A stretch of DNA of 32,000 nucleotides from the NCBI RefSeq assembly GCF_000011805.1, contig NC_006841.2, one strand, 5' to 3'. Shown here in pieces: positions 1-8,935 of the stretch (its first letter is position 1; every line of letters begins with the position of its first letter). The notes under the pieces are model-generated. The model had not been told where the DNA came from, ran no database searches, and saw only the letters and a program-made list of their open reading frames with translations. The position numbers and the translations under genes are program-made. The DNA is from Aliivibrio fischeri ES114 (GTDB lineage Bacteria; Pseudomonadota; Gammaproteobacteria; Enterobacterales; Vibrionaceae).

Positions 1-962
1 TTAATAAAATAACGATATTGTGCTGACTCACCCCACGCATACTTTCCATCAGGGCTGATTGAGCGACTTTTTAATTCATATTGTAATGAATGCTCTCTAG
101 TGATAACTAAATAACCTTGTTCTTTTTTCTGCTCTTGTAATTCTTTTGGGTAGATGCTTACACCATACAAACGCTTATCACTCTTCTCATCATAGACACC
201 AACACCAAAATCAGAGACCACATACCTCTTCCCACCGTATATCACCCCCACTTCTGAAAAATGGAAGTCATCGTTCATTTGGGTAGTTTTTCCTGTGGTA
301 ATTTCGTATTTCCAATATTTGGCTCTGTCTTCAAAATACAAATAACTGCTGTCTTCCGCCCAGAGGAACTGAGAATGGCCCCTATCAGCACCCAAAACTA
401 TCGACTCTTGGGTTTCTAAATCAAAAATAACTTTTTCAACGTTATTACTCCAAGCTAAGTAGCGATTATTAGGTGACCGACGCATCATTTTAACCGTTAC
501 CGCTCTGTTATGTGCCCTTGGCGGAACAACATCTAAAAAATCAGTCACTAATCGTAAATCGGTGCCATCTGTTTTTATGCTCCAAATTTTGTCTCTCGCT
601 TCATAAATCGCTTTCTCATCTGATGAGGCATTAGTAAATTCACCATTGTCCCATCTAAAATCCACTCTCGGTAAGTCGTATGAATCCGTATTTGATAAAT
701 CTTCTCTTGGCCACTCTTTGGCGCTGTTCACCACAAAGCAGGGCTTCATTATTCCCGGTATAGTGCCATTGGCTTCTTTCATTAAGATGTAGTTATCTTT
801 AGTGACATAAACTCGGTTATCATCCCACTCTTGCTTGTTAAGCAATTCGACGTCAGTTTTGGGTGGTTCAACTGCTGTACTTAACGTTGAGGGTTCGTCT
901 TGGTTGCATCCGTTTAGGAAAATAAGCGCAGCTAATGCTGTCCATAGGTATTTTGAATTCAT
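1..962 (-). CDS. Partial predicted lipoprotein with TolB/PD40-like repeat motifs; paralogue of the 5894-6985 product (C-terminus beyond window edge)
   Basis: Own minus-strand translation from the ATG at 962 (cat 960-962): MNSKYLWTALAALIFLNGCNQDEPS..., open to the window edge. Lipobox-like IFLNGC. Shares AKEWPREDLSNTDSYDLPR, IWSIKTDGTDLRLVTD, RSPNNRYLAWS and SISPDGKYAWG with the 5894-6985 protein. Not in the supplied ORF track. Confidence 0.9.
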   Translation of the reverse strand, partial: MNSKYLWTALAALIFLNGCNQDEPSTLSTAVEPPKTDVELLNKQEWDDNRVYVTKDNYILMKEANGTIPGIMKPCFVVNSAKEWPREDLSNTDSYDLPRVDFRWDNGEFTNASSDEKAIYEARDKIWSIKTDGTDLRLVTDFLDVVPPRAHNRAVTVKMMRRSPNNRYLAWSNNVEKVIFDLETQESIVLGADRGHSQFLWAEDSSYLYFEDRAKYWKYEITTGKTTQMNDDFHFSEVGVIYGGKRYVVSDFGVGVYDEKSDKRLYGVSIYPKELQEQKKEQGYLVITREHSLQYELKSRSISPDGKYAWGESAQYRYFI

Positions 963-1052
963 GGTATCCCTACACTAATTCACTGATTGCAATGTCTTGG
1001 TATAGAATGCTGGATTTATTAACCCAGCTCATTTAACAATAAGAACCAGTTT

Positions 1053-4000
1053 TTATTCAGGCGCAGATCGAGTTTCAGTTTTATCTTTTATCCAACCTTT
1101 CAACCATTTTTTCTGTTCTTCTTTACCTTTTTTCTGCAAAGATTCCCATTTTGTTTGAGCCGATATATTGACCTTAGCTAATTTATTTCCTACTTGAATC
1201 CAAGGTAAATTCCCCTCATAAAAACTCTTACTTTCTGGCAATGTTATCGCTAATGGAGGACCTGATAAATATTTGCTTTCAACCTTATCAATACCTTCTT
1301 GATATAAGCCAAAAAGACGTAATTCAGAAGAATAAATTTCATCAGTGTCGTCATCGAGTATTGGTCCAAACGGTCTTAGTCCTTTTACCTTTTTACCAGT
1401 TGGGGATATATAGTCTAAATCGAATTTCATGATATAAACTTTTCTAGTTCGTGTCCCTACATGCAGCATTGATTGTGGCGCACCTTTGACTCTTTCAAGC
1501 ACTTGAGAAGCAAAATTTACAAAGGATTGCTTCTCTTCAGTTTGAGCATCAAATTCAACGTAATTAGCGTCTATATTTTTATAGGTATTGCCTTTCGAAT
1601 ATTTCTCTATATTTTCAAGATCATAATTAATGTCCATTACATGAAAAACAGAACTAAAGTAACTTGGCCCTTTTCCCTTTGAATTCGCTTTTATAAGCAC
1701 AGAATCTTGCTCTTCAATACTTAACTTTAGCTGCATAGCGATTTTATCAAGATTGAAACCAATACTCTTATAATCTTCACGATTATCTTTATCTGCTAAT
1801 AAGGCCACATAAATCGATGCTGATTGTTCTTTACCCCAATTAAATTGTTGCGAATTTATTGGTTTTTGCTTATCAAACCACTCAAATTTATTTCCTATAT
1901 TTAGTGCAGCAAGCGGGGTGACATGCCCTTCTATATATGGCTTTTTACCAGCACCTTTACTACTTTCATTCGCTTTAACAAAGCTTTCAACGAGCAAATC
2001 AGCTTCATTAATTACCGCACTTTGATTACCTAATCCATCAAAGAGATATAACGGTTTAGTTGATGTATCAACACTCCCATCACTATGACATTGAAGCCCA
2101 TAGGTATTATTATCATCAATGCCATAATGAATATTGCTCATATCGTAAAGCACACCACCAACATCCAGTTTTTCTATCGAAACTTTATGCTGATTCAGCT
2201 TAAAGAAATACGACAGAGCTTTGTATTTACCATCTTGTTTCCACGTATCAAAATTTTCATACCAATAACCAGAAAACAAAGGTTTAAGACCGGGGATTTC
2301 ATACTCACCGAACCAATAGGTTGGTTCAAATTCAACAGCAGTTAACGTTTGTTTTTCGTCTTTATCCGCTGCATAGTCATCGCCTAATTGCTGTCTGTAG
2401 TATGACGTCAATTCTTTATCTGATGGCCCGCACACGGTTAAATCAGACACCTCTTTTGCTGAAAACAAAACTTGATATTGAGGGCCATTAACATCAAGCC
2501 AACCGCGATCACAACCATAACTTAATGTTGCTTTAAAGAATTTCTTCGCATCTTCTGAAGCATTTTTAGTTAATACGACTTGTAATTTGACACGAGTAAA
2601 TGGTGTGATACGGTTCGTTTTACCTTCTTCTTTCCACTTTGAATAAGGTATCCATGATTTATCATCATCTCGATCGTTAAGCACCAATAAACGACTAAAG
2701 CCAATATCGTCTGATTTTAAGTCTTGGGCGGTATTGTCAAATAACTTAGCAAAGTCCACAAAACCATTCTCTTTATCATCCATATACAAACTGGTTTGCA
2801 CAGGGAATCCAGTATTAAACGTACCTTGAATTTTAGCTCGTTTAACTAAATGTTTCGTTGCTTCATCCAACGTTGCTTTCTTATTCTTATTGGCATATTC
2901 CACAAAGAAAGAGCGTGCTTGCGATGCACCAGTTTTATCATCTCTCACTCGGTTCAGCCAATTCTGAGCCATGGTATTGTAAGACGTCAGAGGGGCTTCC
3001 CAATTATCATTAAGAATATAAGTTTCTATGTAGTCTTGAACTCGATCGCTTATGAGTTCTTTTTTATAATCACTATTTGAGCTACTCCCTAGCGATATTC
3101 TGGCAAGCAATTCAATTAAACCATTTAACGCCAAAGCTCGAAGTAAGAAGCGTTTTTGTAATTCTTCTGATGTTTTATTCGCCTTTAGAAACGCTTCTAC
3201 CTCTTCTTTTTTTGTTAACTGCTGTTCAATTTTTACCTTAAACCCACGATACTGTTGCAATACTTCAATGTGAATTTTACCTAACTGGTTTAGCTCATTA
3301 ACGTTCTTATATTTGGCTTTAAAATCCTTATAAGCCCCTTCTGTTAATATTGAATCTAAAAAGCTTAACCCACTGTCTGCAATAGTAGCACCCTCTTTAA
3401 TTAACATAACCCCAGCCGCGACAGGGGCGATAGGGGTTAACATTGCCACCCCCATCAAAGAGTTAAATACTGCTGACACTTGCTCTTTTTGATTATTATC
3501 TAACCCAACATCAATCGCCTGTTTTGCTTGACGAACTTTCTCTAAGTCAATCATACCGGTTCGGCTAGGAGGCAAAGCTAATGAGTAGGTTGGAGGCAAT
3601 AGGCTTATTTCAACACGTCTATCTTCCGCTAACGCTGAATCGTCCCCTGTTTCACTCATATCGACTTTAGCGTTGCCTGCACTTATTGGTTGAGTGTTGC
3701 CATGTGACAAAGTAATAATACGCTCAGGTAATGTGTTATCTTCTTTCGCTTTATCTAAAATTGCCTGCTCAACTTGTTTCGCGCGATCCTCAGCAATCGT
3801 CTTATTCGCCTTATCACTGCCAATTCGCCCTGCGTGCCCATCGATTTGAATTCGATAATCTGGGTGTGTTTTTAGTAGTTCAGCAATTTTCTCACAAACT
3901 TTATCGATATCACTACGTAATGTCGTACCTGTATTTGGTAGCTCCGACGAATTAAATTTGAAGTTAATATGAATAATCGCACGAGAGCCTTGCGTAATAA

Positions 4001-5894
4001 TACGCGCTATTTGCTCCTTACCGTCATTATTCAAAACCTTAGTGGCATCTGAAAGCTGCTTAGCCCAGTCCGCCTCGGCTTTTACCATCACAATTTTTTG
4101 CAAATAATCAGTGGTTGCACCATCAAAGTTTTCTTGTTCTTTAGTCGATTGTTTCTCTAATTCTCCTTGTTTATCTACTAGCTGATAAAAATCATACATA
4201 CTGCCAATACTGTCTATAATAGGTAAGCCTTTAGCCAATTTTGTATAAGCACTTCCTTCAAACCAACTTGCCGCGAGATTTCGAGTACTAACGGATGTCC
4301 CATGCTCTTGAAAGTTTTCTTTCATCTCTTTTAGCGCATTCTGCATAAACGTTTTATTAGCAAAACCGTTACGCACCATTCTTCCAAAAGTTTGTGGAGC
4401 AGTTAAATTAAATCGTTGTACTCTTTCGGTAAGCTTAACTGCATCAGTAAACGCATCACGCGCCTCTTTGACCGATTGCAACCCAAATAAGAAACTCGCC
4501 CCAGCAGTAAGCGGCTCAGGTAAAACACCTTCAACAGTTAATTTACCCCAAATGTTTTTTGCCACACTGGTTGCAATTTGCTGGCTAGATAAATCACCAA
4601 ATACACCAATGCCTTTTGTCGCAAAACCTTGAGTATATGATTGCGCTGTCTTTTGCACTGCGGATGCAACACCAAGCGTGGCGACACCAGTGCCTTTCAA
4701 CGCCACTGTATTTCCTTGCTGTGCCATAAAATCAGAATAGCTAGGTAGTGCCGTTGGATATTGATAAATTAGACACTCTTCAAGAGAGATCAAATCACCG
4801 CATACCATCGCCAACTTACCAAAACCGCTTATCGGTTTAAAAGTGACTTTTTCATGCAGTTCATAAATATAAACATCTTGAGTAAAATTTGTTCCAGAAC
4901 GAGTATCATTCGCTTTAAACTTTAACTGACCTTGCTTTACTGAATCAGGAAAAATAGGTTCTATTCCTTCTTCTAATATTTCTTTTTGTTTATCTAAATA
5001 GTCTTTTACCCAGAAACGTGTTCGCAGTAAAAAATAACCATCATCAATTAATGTAGAATCAAAATTAAACACTACGCTCGGTAGTGTAGCTTTAGCTTCA
5101 TCTGTTTTTTCTTGGTTAGGGTTAGGCTTAGTGATAAAACTCGTAGCCAAGACATCCTCAGCTTCACCTGAAGCATCTTGTTTTGATTTCACTTGAATAA
5201 GAGAGACCTCTGCCCCCACATACAAATCACTGCTGAACACCACCCCAACTGAGTGAAAAGCAGGGGTAATAATGCCTTGAATCTCAGTAACTTTGCTTTT
5301 TTTTATACTTTCATACCAATCATTGTAATCACTTTGTTCATCTGTCAGCGGTTTATCAGACTCTTTTTTATAAGGTTCAGCTAACTGACTAACTTTTATT
5401 TTACTGATGGCAAATTCAATTAATTTGGAATATTTTTCTTCCGTTTTTAATTTATTGGAATAAATATCTTTTAGTGAATTGTTTAATGCTTTAACACTGG
5501 TGTGTGTTTCAGCCAGTTGTCCAATCACATTTAATGGCGGAAACATTAATGAATATGGTTTATCTAAATTTAATTCATTAACCGTTAATGGCTGCTTATG
5601 ACGTAAAAAAGTTTGTTTTTTTGTTATGGATTCAGGTGCTGTATTCTCATCAAAATAACCCAACTGACATAATAAACCGTCTTTATTCGAGCCCCATAAT
5701 ACTGGCTTTTCAGCATCATCAACCAAAACAGGCGTAAAAGGGATTGGGCGAACATTGCGCAAATCATCAGCCTCGGTTACATCAGATGATTGATGCCAAG
5801 TCGCTTCAATTCTCTCACCCTCTTCATCTAGATAACTTTTAAAGTAAGCCCCTAATAGATAGATTCCGTGATCATAGGTATTTAAATCAGACAT
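1053..5894 (-). CDS. Very large (1613 aa) protein with a central OmpA-like (peptidoglycan-binding) domain; candidate T6SS-associated effector
   Basis: Uninterrupted 1613-aa ORF with strong SD AAGGAGGA. OmpA-like block around aa 635-766: INFKFNSSEL...YRIQIDGHAGRIGSDKANKTIAEDRAKQVEQAI...LAEDRRVEI. No signal peptide. C-terminal ~800 aa not recognised. Confidence 0.85.
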   Translation of the reverse strand: MSDLNTYDHGIYLLGAYFKSYLDEEGERIEATWHQSSDVTEADDLRNVRPIPFTPVLVDDAEKPVLWGSNKDGLLCQLGYFDENTAPESITKKQTFLRHKQPLTVNELNLDKPYSLMFPPLNVIGQLAETHTSVKALNNSLKDIYSNKLKTEEKYSKLIEFAISKIKVSQLAEPYKKESDKPLTDEQSDYNDWYESIKKSKVTEIQGIITPAFHSVGVVFSSDLYVGAEVSLIQVKSKQDASGEAEDVLATSFITKPNPNQEKTDEAKATLPSVVFNFDSTLIDDGYFLLRTRFWVKDYLDKQKEILEEGIEPIFPDSVKQGQLKFKANDTRSGTNFTQDVYIYELHEKVTFKPISGFGKLAMVCGDLISLEECLIYQYPTALPSYSDFMAQQGNTVALKGTGVATLGVASAVQKTAQSYTQGFATKGIGVFGDLSSQQIATSVAKNIWGKLTVEGVLPEPLTAGASFLFGLQSVKEARDAFTDAVKLTERVQRFNLTAPQTFGRMVRNGFANKTFMQNALKEMKENFQEHGTSVSTRNLAASWFEGSAYTKLAKGLPIIDSIGSMYDFYQLVDKQGELEKQSTKEQENFDGATTDYLQKIVMVKAEADWAKQLSDATKVLNNDGKEQIARIITQGSRAIIHINFKFNSSELPNTGTTLRSDIDKVCEKIAELLKTHPDYRIQIDGHAGRIGSDKANKTIAEDRAKQVEQAILDKAKEDNTLPERIITLSHGNTQPISAGNAKVDMSETGDDSALAEDRRVEISLLPPTYSLALPPSRTGMIDLEKVRQAKQAIDVGLDNNQKEQVSAVFNSLMGVAMLTPIAPVAAGVMLIKEGATIADSGLSFLDSILTEGAYKDFKAKYKNVNELNQLGKIHIEVLQQYRGFKVKIEQQLTKKEEVEAFLKANKTSEELQKRFLLRALALNGLIELLARISLGSSSNSDYKKELISDRVQDYIETYILNDNWEAPLTSYNTMAQNWLNRVRDDKTGASQARSFFVEYANKNKKATLDEATKHLVKRAKIQGTFNTGFPVQTSLYMDDKENGFVDFAKLFDNTAQDLKSDDIGFSRLLVLNDRDDDKSWIPYSKWKEEGKTNRITPFTRVKLQVVLTKNASEDAKKFFKATLSYGCDRGWLDVNGPQYQVLFSAKEVSDLTVCGPSDKELTSYYRQQLGDDYAADKDEKQTLTAVEFEPTYWFGEYEIPGLKPLFSGYWYENFDTWKQDGKYKALSYFFKLNQHKVSIEKLDVGGVLYDMSNIHYGIDDNNTYGLQCHSDGSVDTSTKPLYLFDGLGNQSAVINEADLLVESFVKANESSKGAGKKPYIEGHVTPLAALNIGNKFEWFDKQKPINSQQFNWGKEQSASIYVALLADKDNREDYKSIGFNLDKIAMQLKLSIEEQDSVLIKANSKGKGPSYFSSVFHVMDINYDLENIEKYSKGNTYKNIDANYVEFDAQTEEKQSFVNFASQVLERVKGAPQSMLHVGTRTRKVYIMKFDLDYISPTGKKVKGLRPFGPILDDDTDEIYSSELRLFGLYQEGIDKVESKYLSGPPLAITLPESKSFYEGNLPWIQVGNKLAKVNISAQTKWESLQKKGKEEQKKWLKGWIKDKTETRSAPE

Positions 5895-6985
5895 TATTTA
5901 TCCTCCTTAAACCATAAACCATTGTTTGCTAATCCATTATAAAGGATCCCTTCTCCTGACATGGCACCATGTGAAAAAGCACGCCATGACCATACTTTAT
6001 CCTCTACACGATCAACGATAGTAACGTAAGTCATTTTGCTTAATGCACTATAATGGGCGTCTTTACCTAAAATTTGAGCAGGAACAAAGCCATCAACCAT
6101 TTGTTTCATTGTTTGCTCTTTGGTATCAAACATCCAGCCATAATCTTGATTTGATCCCCATGCAAACCTTCCTGTTGGACTAATAGACTTCACATTAAAA
6201 ATTCTTTCTTTATCACTTAATGAGCGATCTGAACTCAAAACAAATAAACGCTCATTTGTCTTTAAGTTATAACCCACAACTGCGGCATCAGTCACTTTGA
6301 TAATTTTATCTTCAGTTAACACTGCTTCAGTACGAATTTTATAATCAATCTCACTAATTTCACCAGTCTCTGAATCCCAACGCGAATAGCGATTACGATA
6401 TCTCTCATGATACAAATAGCGACTGTCCTCAGACCAAAGCATATCAAGTGGAGAGGTAGTCTTCTGTACAACTGTCACTTTACCTGTTTTTAAATCATAC
6501 ACACTTTTATGACCACCAGAGCCAGCCCAAGCGACGTAACGATTATTTGGCGAACGAGTTAAATTCCGCACCGCCGTTAAATCTATGGTTGCATCAGTCA
6601 CCAAGCGTAAATCTGTTCCGTCGGTTTTCATGCTCCAAATTTTAAGCCCGCTCTCATATTCATCTTTTGAGCTTGAGTTAGCCCACGCAAATTGAAAGCG
6701 CGGTAAATCGTATGAGCTAGCGTCATTAAGATCTTCTTTTGGCCACTCTTTGGCTTTTTCAACAAAGTAACGTGGAAAATCTTGGTACATTACTTTTAAT
6801 TCTTTTTTTCGCCCAAAAGCCGCATGTTCACTGCTTTCCATAATGTAATAATTATGCACGCCGACATAGGTACGATCTGGATGCTGTTCAACCTTTAATT
6901 GAGCCGCTTCTGCTGCCACACTTTCAGGGTCATTGCACCCCATTAGAGTGATGCTAAATAGTGCGAGTAATAGTATTTTTTTCAT
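5894..6985 (-). CDS. Predicted lipoprotein with TolB/PD40-like beta-propeller-type repeats; candidate periplasmic immunity/accessory protein
   Basis: MKKILLLALFSITLMGCNDPES (lipobox LMGC). Repeats KIWSMKTDGTDLRLVTD, RSPNNRYVAWAG, WSEDSRYLYHE, ISPTGRFAWG. Stop overlaps the start of the 1613-aa gene (TAATG). Confidence 0.85.
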   Translation of the reverse strand: MKKILLLALFSITLMGCNDPESVAAEAAQLKVEQHPDRTYVGVHNYYIMESSEHAAFGRKKELKVMYQDFPRYFVEKAKEWPKEDLNDASSYDLPRFQFAWANSSSKDEYESGLKIWSMKTDGTDLRLVTDATIDLTAVRNLTRSPNNRYVAWAGSGGHKSVYDLKTGKVTVVQKTTSPLDMLWSEDSRYLYHERYRNRYSRWDSETGEISEIDYKIRTEAVLTEDKIIKVTDAAVVGYNLKTNERLFVLSSDRSLSDKERIFNVKSISPTGRFAWGSNQDYGWMFDTKEQTMKQMVDGFVPAQILGKDAHYSALSKMTYVTIVDRVEDKVWSWRAFSHGAMSGEGILYNGLANNGLWFKEDK

Positions 6986-6989
6986 TGTT

Positions 6990-8690
6990 CTAGCCTATTA
7001 ATTCTGAAACTTTAATTTTTGTTTTCAAAACGGATAATTCGTATTCTGTTGTCCCTAAATCAGCACTTGCGCCGCGAAGAATATCAACCTCTTCAACTTC
7101 TTTTGGCCAACCAGAAAATGGGAGATTTAAGAAACCTTCATCGTCAACTTTTGCTTGCCTGAAATAAACTTTCTGTGACCATTCTTGGTCTTCATTTCTT
7201 AACATTATGAAATCATCAGGTTGATCTGTTGTGCTGCAAATTCGGTAACGTAATGTAATTTGATTTTTTGGTGGCATCACCGTCATTGCTGCAATGTTGC
7301 TATCACTTTGCTTATTGATTAATTCTGAACCAAAAACTGAATTATCAACTATAGGTAACTTGTAAATACTATCGCCTTCAAATGTTTGCTGTTTGCTATA
7401 AACAGACATTTCATCAGTGGATACCGCGACATTAATATAATCAGCCTCTAGCGCGTTGATGTCATTTTCATTCAATGATCTTTGGCTATAATAGACATAA
7501 CAATCAGTTTGCTGTTGGCCTAATATTTTATAAGGCAACCAAATATGAGGCATGGGATGACTTATTCGTTTCGTATTATTTGAGCCATCATCTTTTGTTG
7601 GGCTTTCGTGTGTCGCTAGACATATTTCATCGTGATCAAAATCTACAAATTTTAATGTGACCTCTTCTTCTCCTAAATCAAATACTCTTGCTTGTTCACA
7701 TAGATCGAGTTCACCAGAAAAGACTTTTTTTCCTTTTTGATACAATTCAAATTTTTCAAAAGAGACATTAGATTCTGGCAGAAACTCCGATCCTGTAATA
7801 TTTACATGGTAGGTTTTTGATTGGCTTGGATTATCACCTTGATGATAATATTCACAAAAATAACCATTTTTATTAATAGCGATTTCTCGCCATACTTTAT
7901 TTTTCCAAATAACGTAAAAGAAACCAGTTTTATATAATGTGTGTTCGGTTTCTTGCCTCTTCATTGGCACCACAGGCACTAACACATTATCCCACTCTGC
8001 CATTTCTGTTTCTTTGGTTACAGGAGATAATGATTCGCTCAGTAACAGGTTTATCTCTTTGGCTGAATTCATGCTTGGTAACGTCAAGTACAGCGCTCTA
8101 TTTCTATCATCTAAATACGTAAATTCGACGAGACTCCGGTGTCCATTTTTGCTGTCTTTTTTCGGCTTTACTGTCTTTTCATTGATGTTTTTTAATTTTG
8201 AAATCGAGATTGATGCCGCATTATTAGGCCATTGCCCTGCAAACTCGATGACGATTTTATTATCACTCTTTTTTTCTGAAATAGGAGTGATGGATGAAGC
8301 GTTTGAACTTGAACGAAGTAAGGTCGGTTTTGCTTTTAAACGAGAACGAGTAACCGACGGGTTAACCACTTTATCAATACGTTTTTTTAGACCACTTCCT
8401 TGAGCTAAATTCAGAGTATCGATACTTCTATGTTGGTTCATTAACGATAATGCAGCCCACTCCCCCTGCTCAACCAATTGACGAATACGACTGACGGTTT
8501 GAAATACCCCTTGTGAATCACTAATTGCAGAGTGACGCTGTAAATTAATAGGTAACGATGCTTTTAATGAAGATAGATCAGTAAAACGATTAAGATGATT
8601 CAGTAATTCATTGGGAGTGAGAATATACGGTAAGTCTTTTTGGGTAAGTAAGCGACCGGGGATAAGTTTAAATTGGCAGAGCATCTGCAT
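6990..8690 (-). CDS. Candidate MIX-like domain protein (possible T6SS effector or co-effector)
   Basis: ORF track calls 6990..8765 from a TTG. A better start is the ATG at 8690 or 8684 preceded by GGAG. Internal segment LYKTGFFYVIWKNKVWREIAI resembles the first part of the MIX motif (hRxGhhYhh...LWRE). Tightly coupled to the downstream lipoprotein gene (4-nt gap). Confidence 0.65.
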   Translation of the reverse strand: MQMLCQFKLIPGRLLTQKDLPYILTPNELLNHLNRFTDLSSLKASLPINLQRHSAISDSQGVFQTVSRIRQLVEQGEWAALSLMNQHRSIDTLNLAQGSGLKKRIDKVVNPSVTRSRLKAKPTLLRSSSNASSITPISEKKSDNKIVIEFAGQWPNNAASISISKLKNINEKTVKPKKDSKNGHRSLVEFTYLDDRNRALYLTLPSMNSAKEINLLLSESLSPVTKETEMAEWDNVLVPVVPMKRQETEHTLYKTGFFYVIWKNKVWREIAINKNGYFCEYYHQGDNPSQSKTYHVNITGSEFLPESNVSFEKFELYQKGKKVFSGELDLCEQARVFDLGEEEVTLKFVDFDHDEICLATHESPTKDDGSNNTKRISHPMPHIWLPYKILGQQQTDCYVYYSQRSLNENDINALEADYINVAVSTDEMSVYSKQQTFEGDSIYKLPIVDNSVFGSELINKQSDSNIAAMTVMPPKNQITLRYRICSTTDQPDDFIMLRNEDQEWSQKVYFRQAKVDDEGFLNLPFSGWPKEVEEVDILRGASADLGTTEYELSVLKTKIKVSELIG

Positions 8691-8736
8691 CTCCACATTC
8701 AGTGTATTGAAAGTATCTAAAAATAAATTGCCTGCT

Positions 8737-8765
8737 ATATAAATATGAACAGAGAACTCAGTCAA
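8737..8765 (-). promoter_or_regulatory. Candidate sigma70 promoter for the 8690->1 gene cluster
   Basis: Minus strand TTGACT (8765-8760), 17-nt spacer, TTATAT (8742-8737); about 45 nt upstream of the ATG at 8690. Confidence 0.55.
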
Positions 8766-8882
8766 ACCCTATTGCCCTTCACACTTATCTTCCTAGGTCG
8801 ACGTCTCTTGTTTTTGTAAATATCCAACCTCTTAATTACATTCTTAGCTTTATACTCCGCTCTTCATGAATTAATGTGAAAC

Positions 8883-8907
8883 AAAAAACGGCCCAATTAA
8901 GGACCGC
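8883..8907 (-). terminator. Rho-independent terminator after the antiporter gene
   Basis: Minus strand GCGGTCC-TTAATT-GGGCCGT followed by TTTTT. Confidence 0.65.
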
Positions 8908-8935
8908 TTCATTGCTGTCATCTTTAGGTAAACGT

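Noticed and set aside
1241-4000. Plus-strand ORFs of 60-90 aa opposite the 1613-aa gene (e.g. 1241..1432, 2085..2345, 2850..3080, 3731..3955)
   Set aside because: They are antisense to a long uninterrupted coding frame, have no convincing SD, and are low-complexity or hydrophobic shadow translations.
7939-8403. 154-aa plus-strand ORF inside the MIX-like gene
   Set aside because: Shadow ORF of a real minus-strand gene with no recognisable domain; partly overlaps another frame-shifted shadow ORF (7937..8122).
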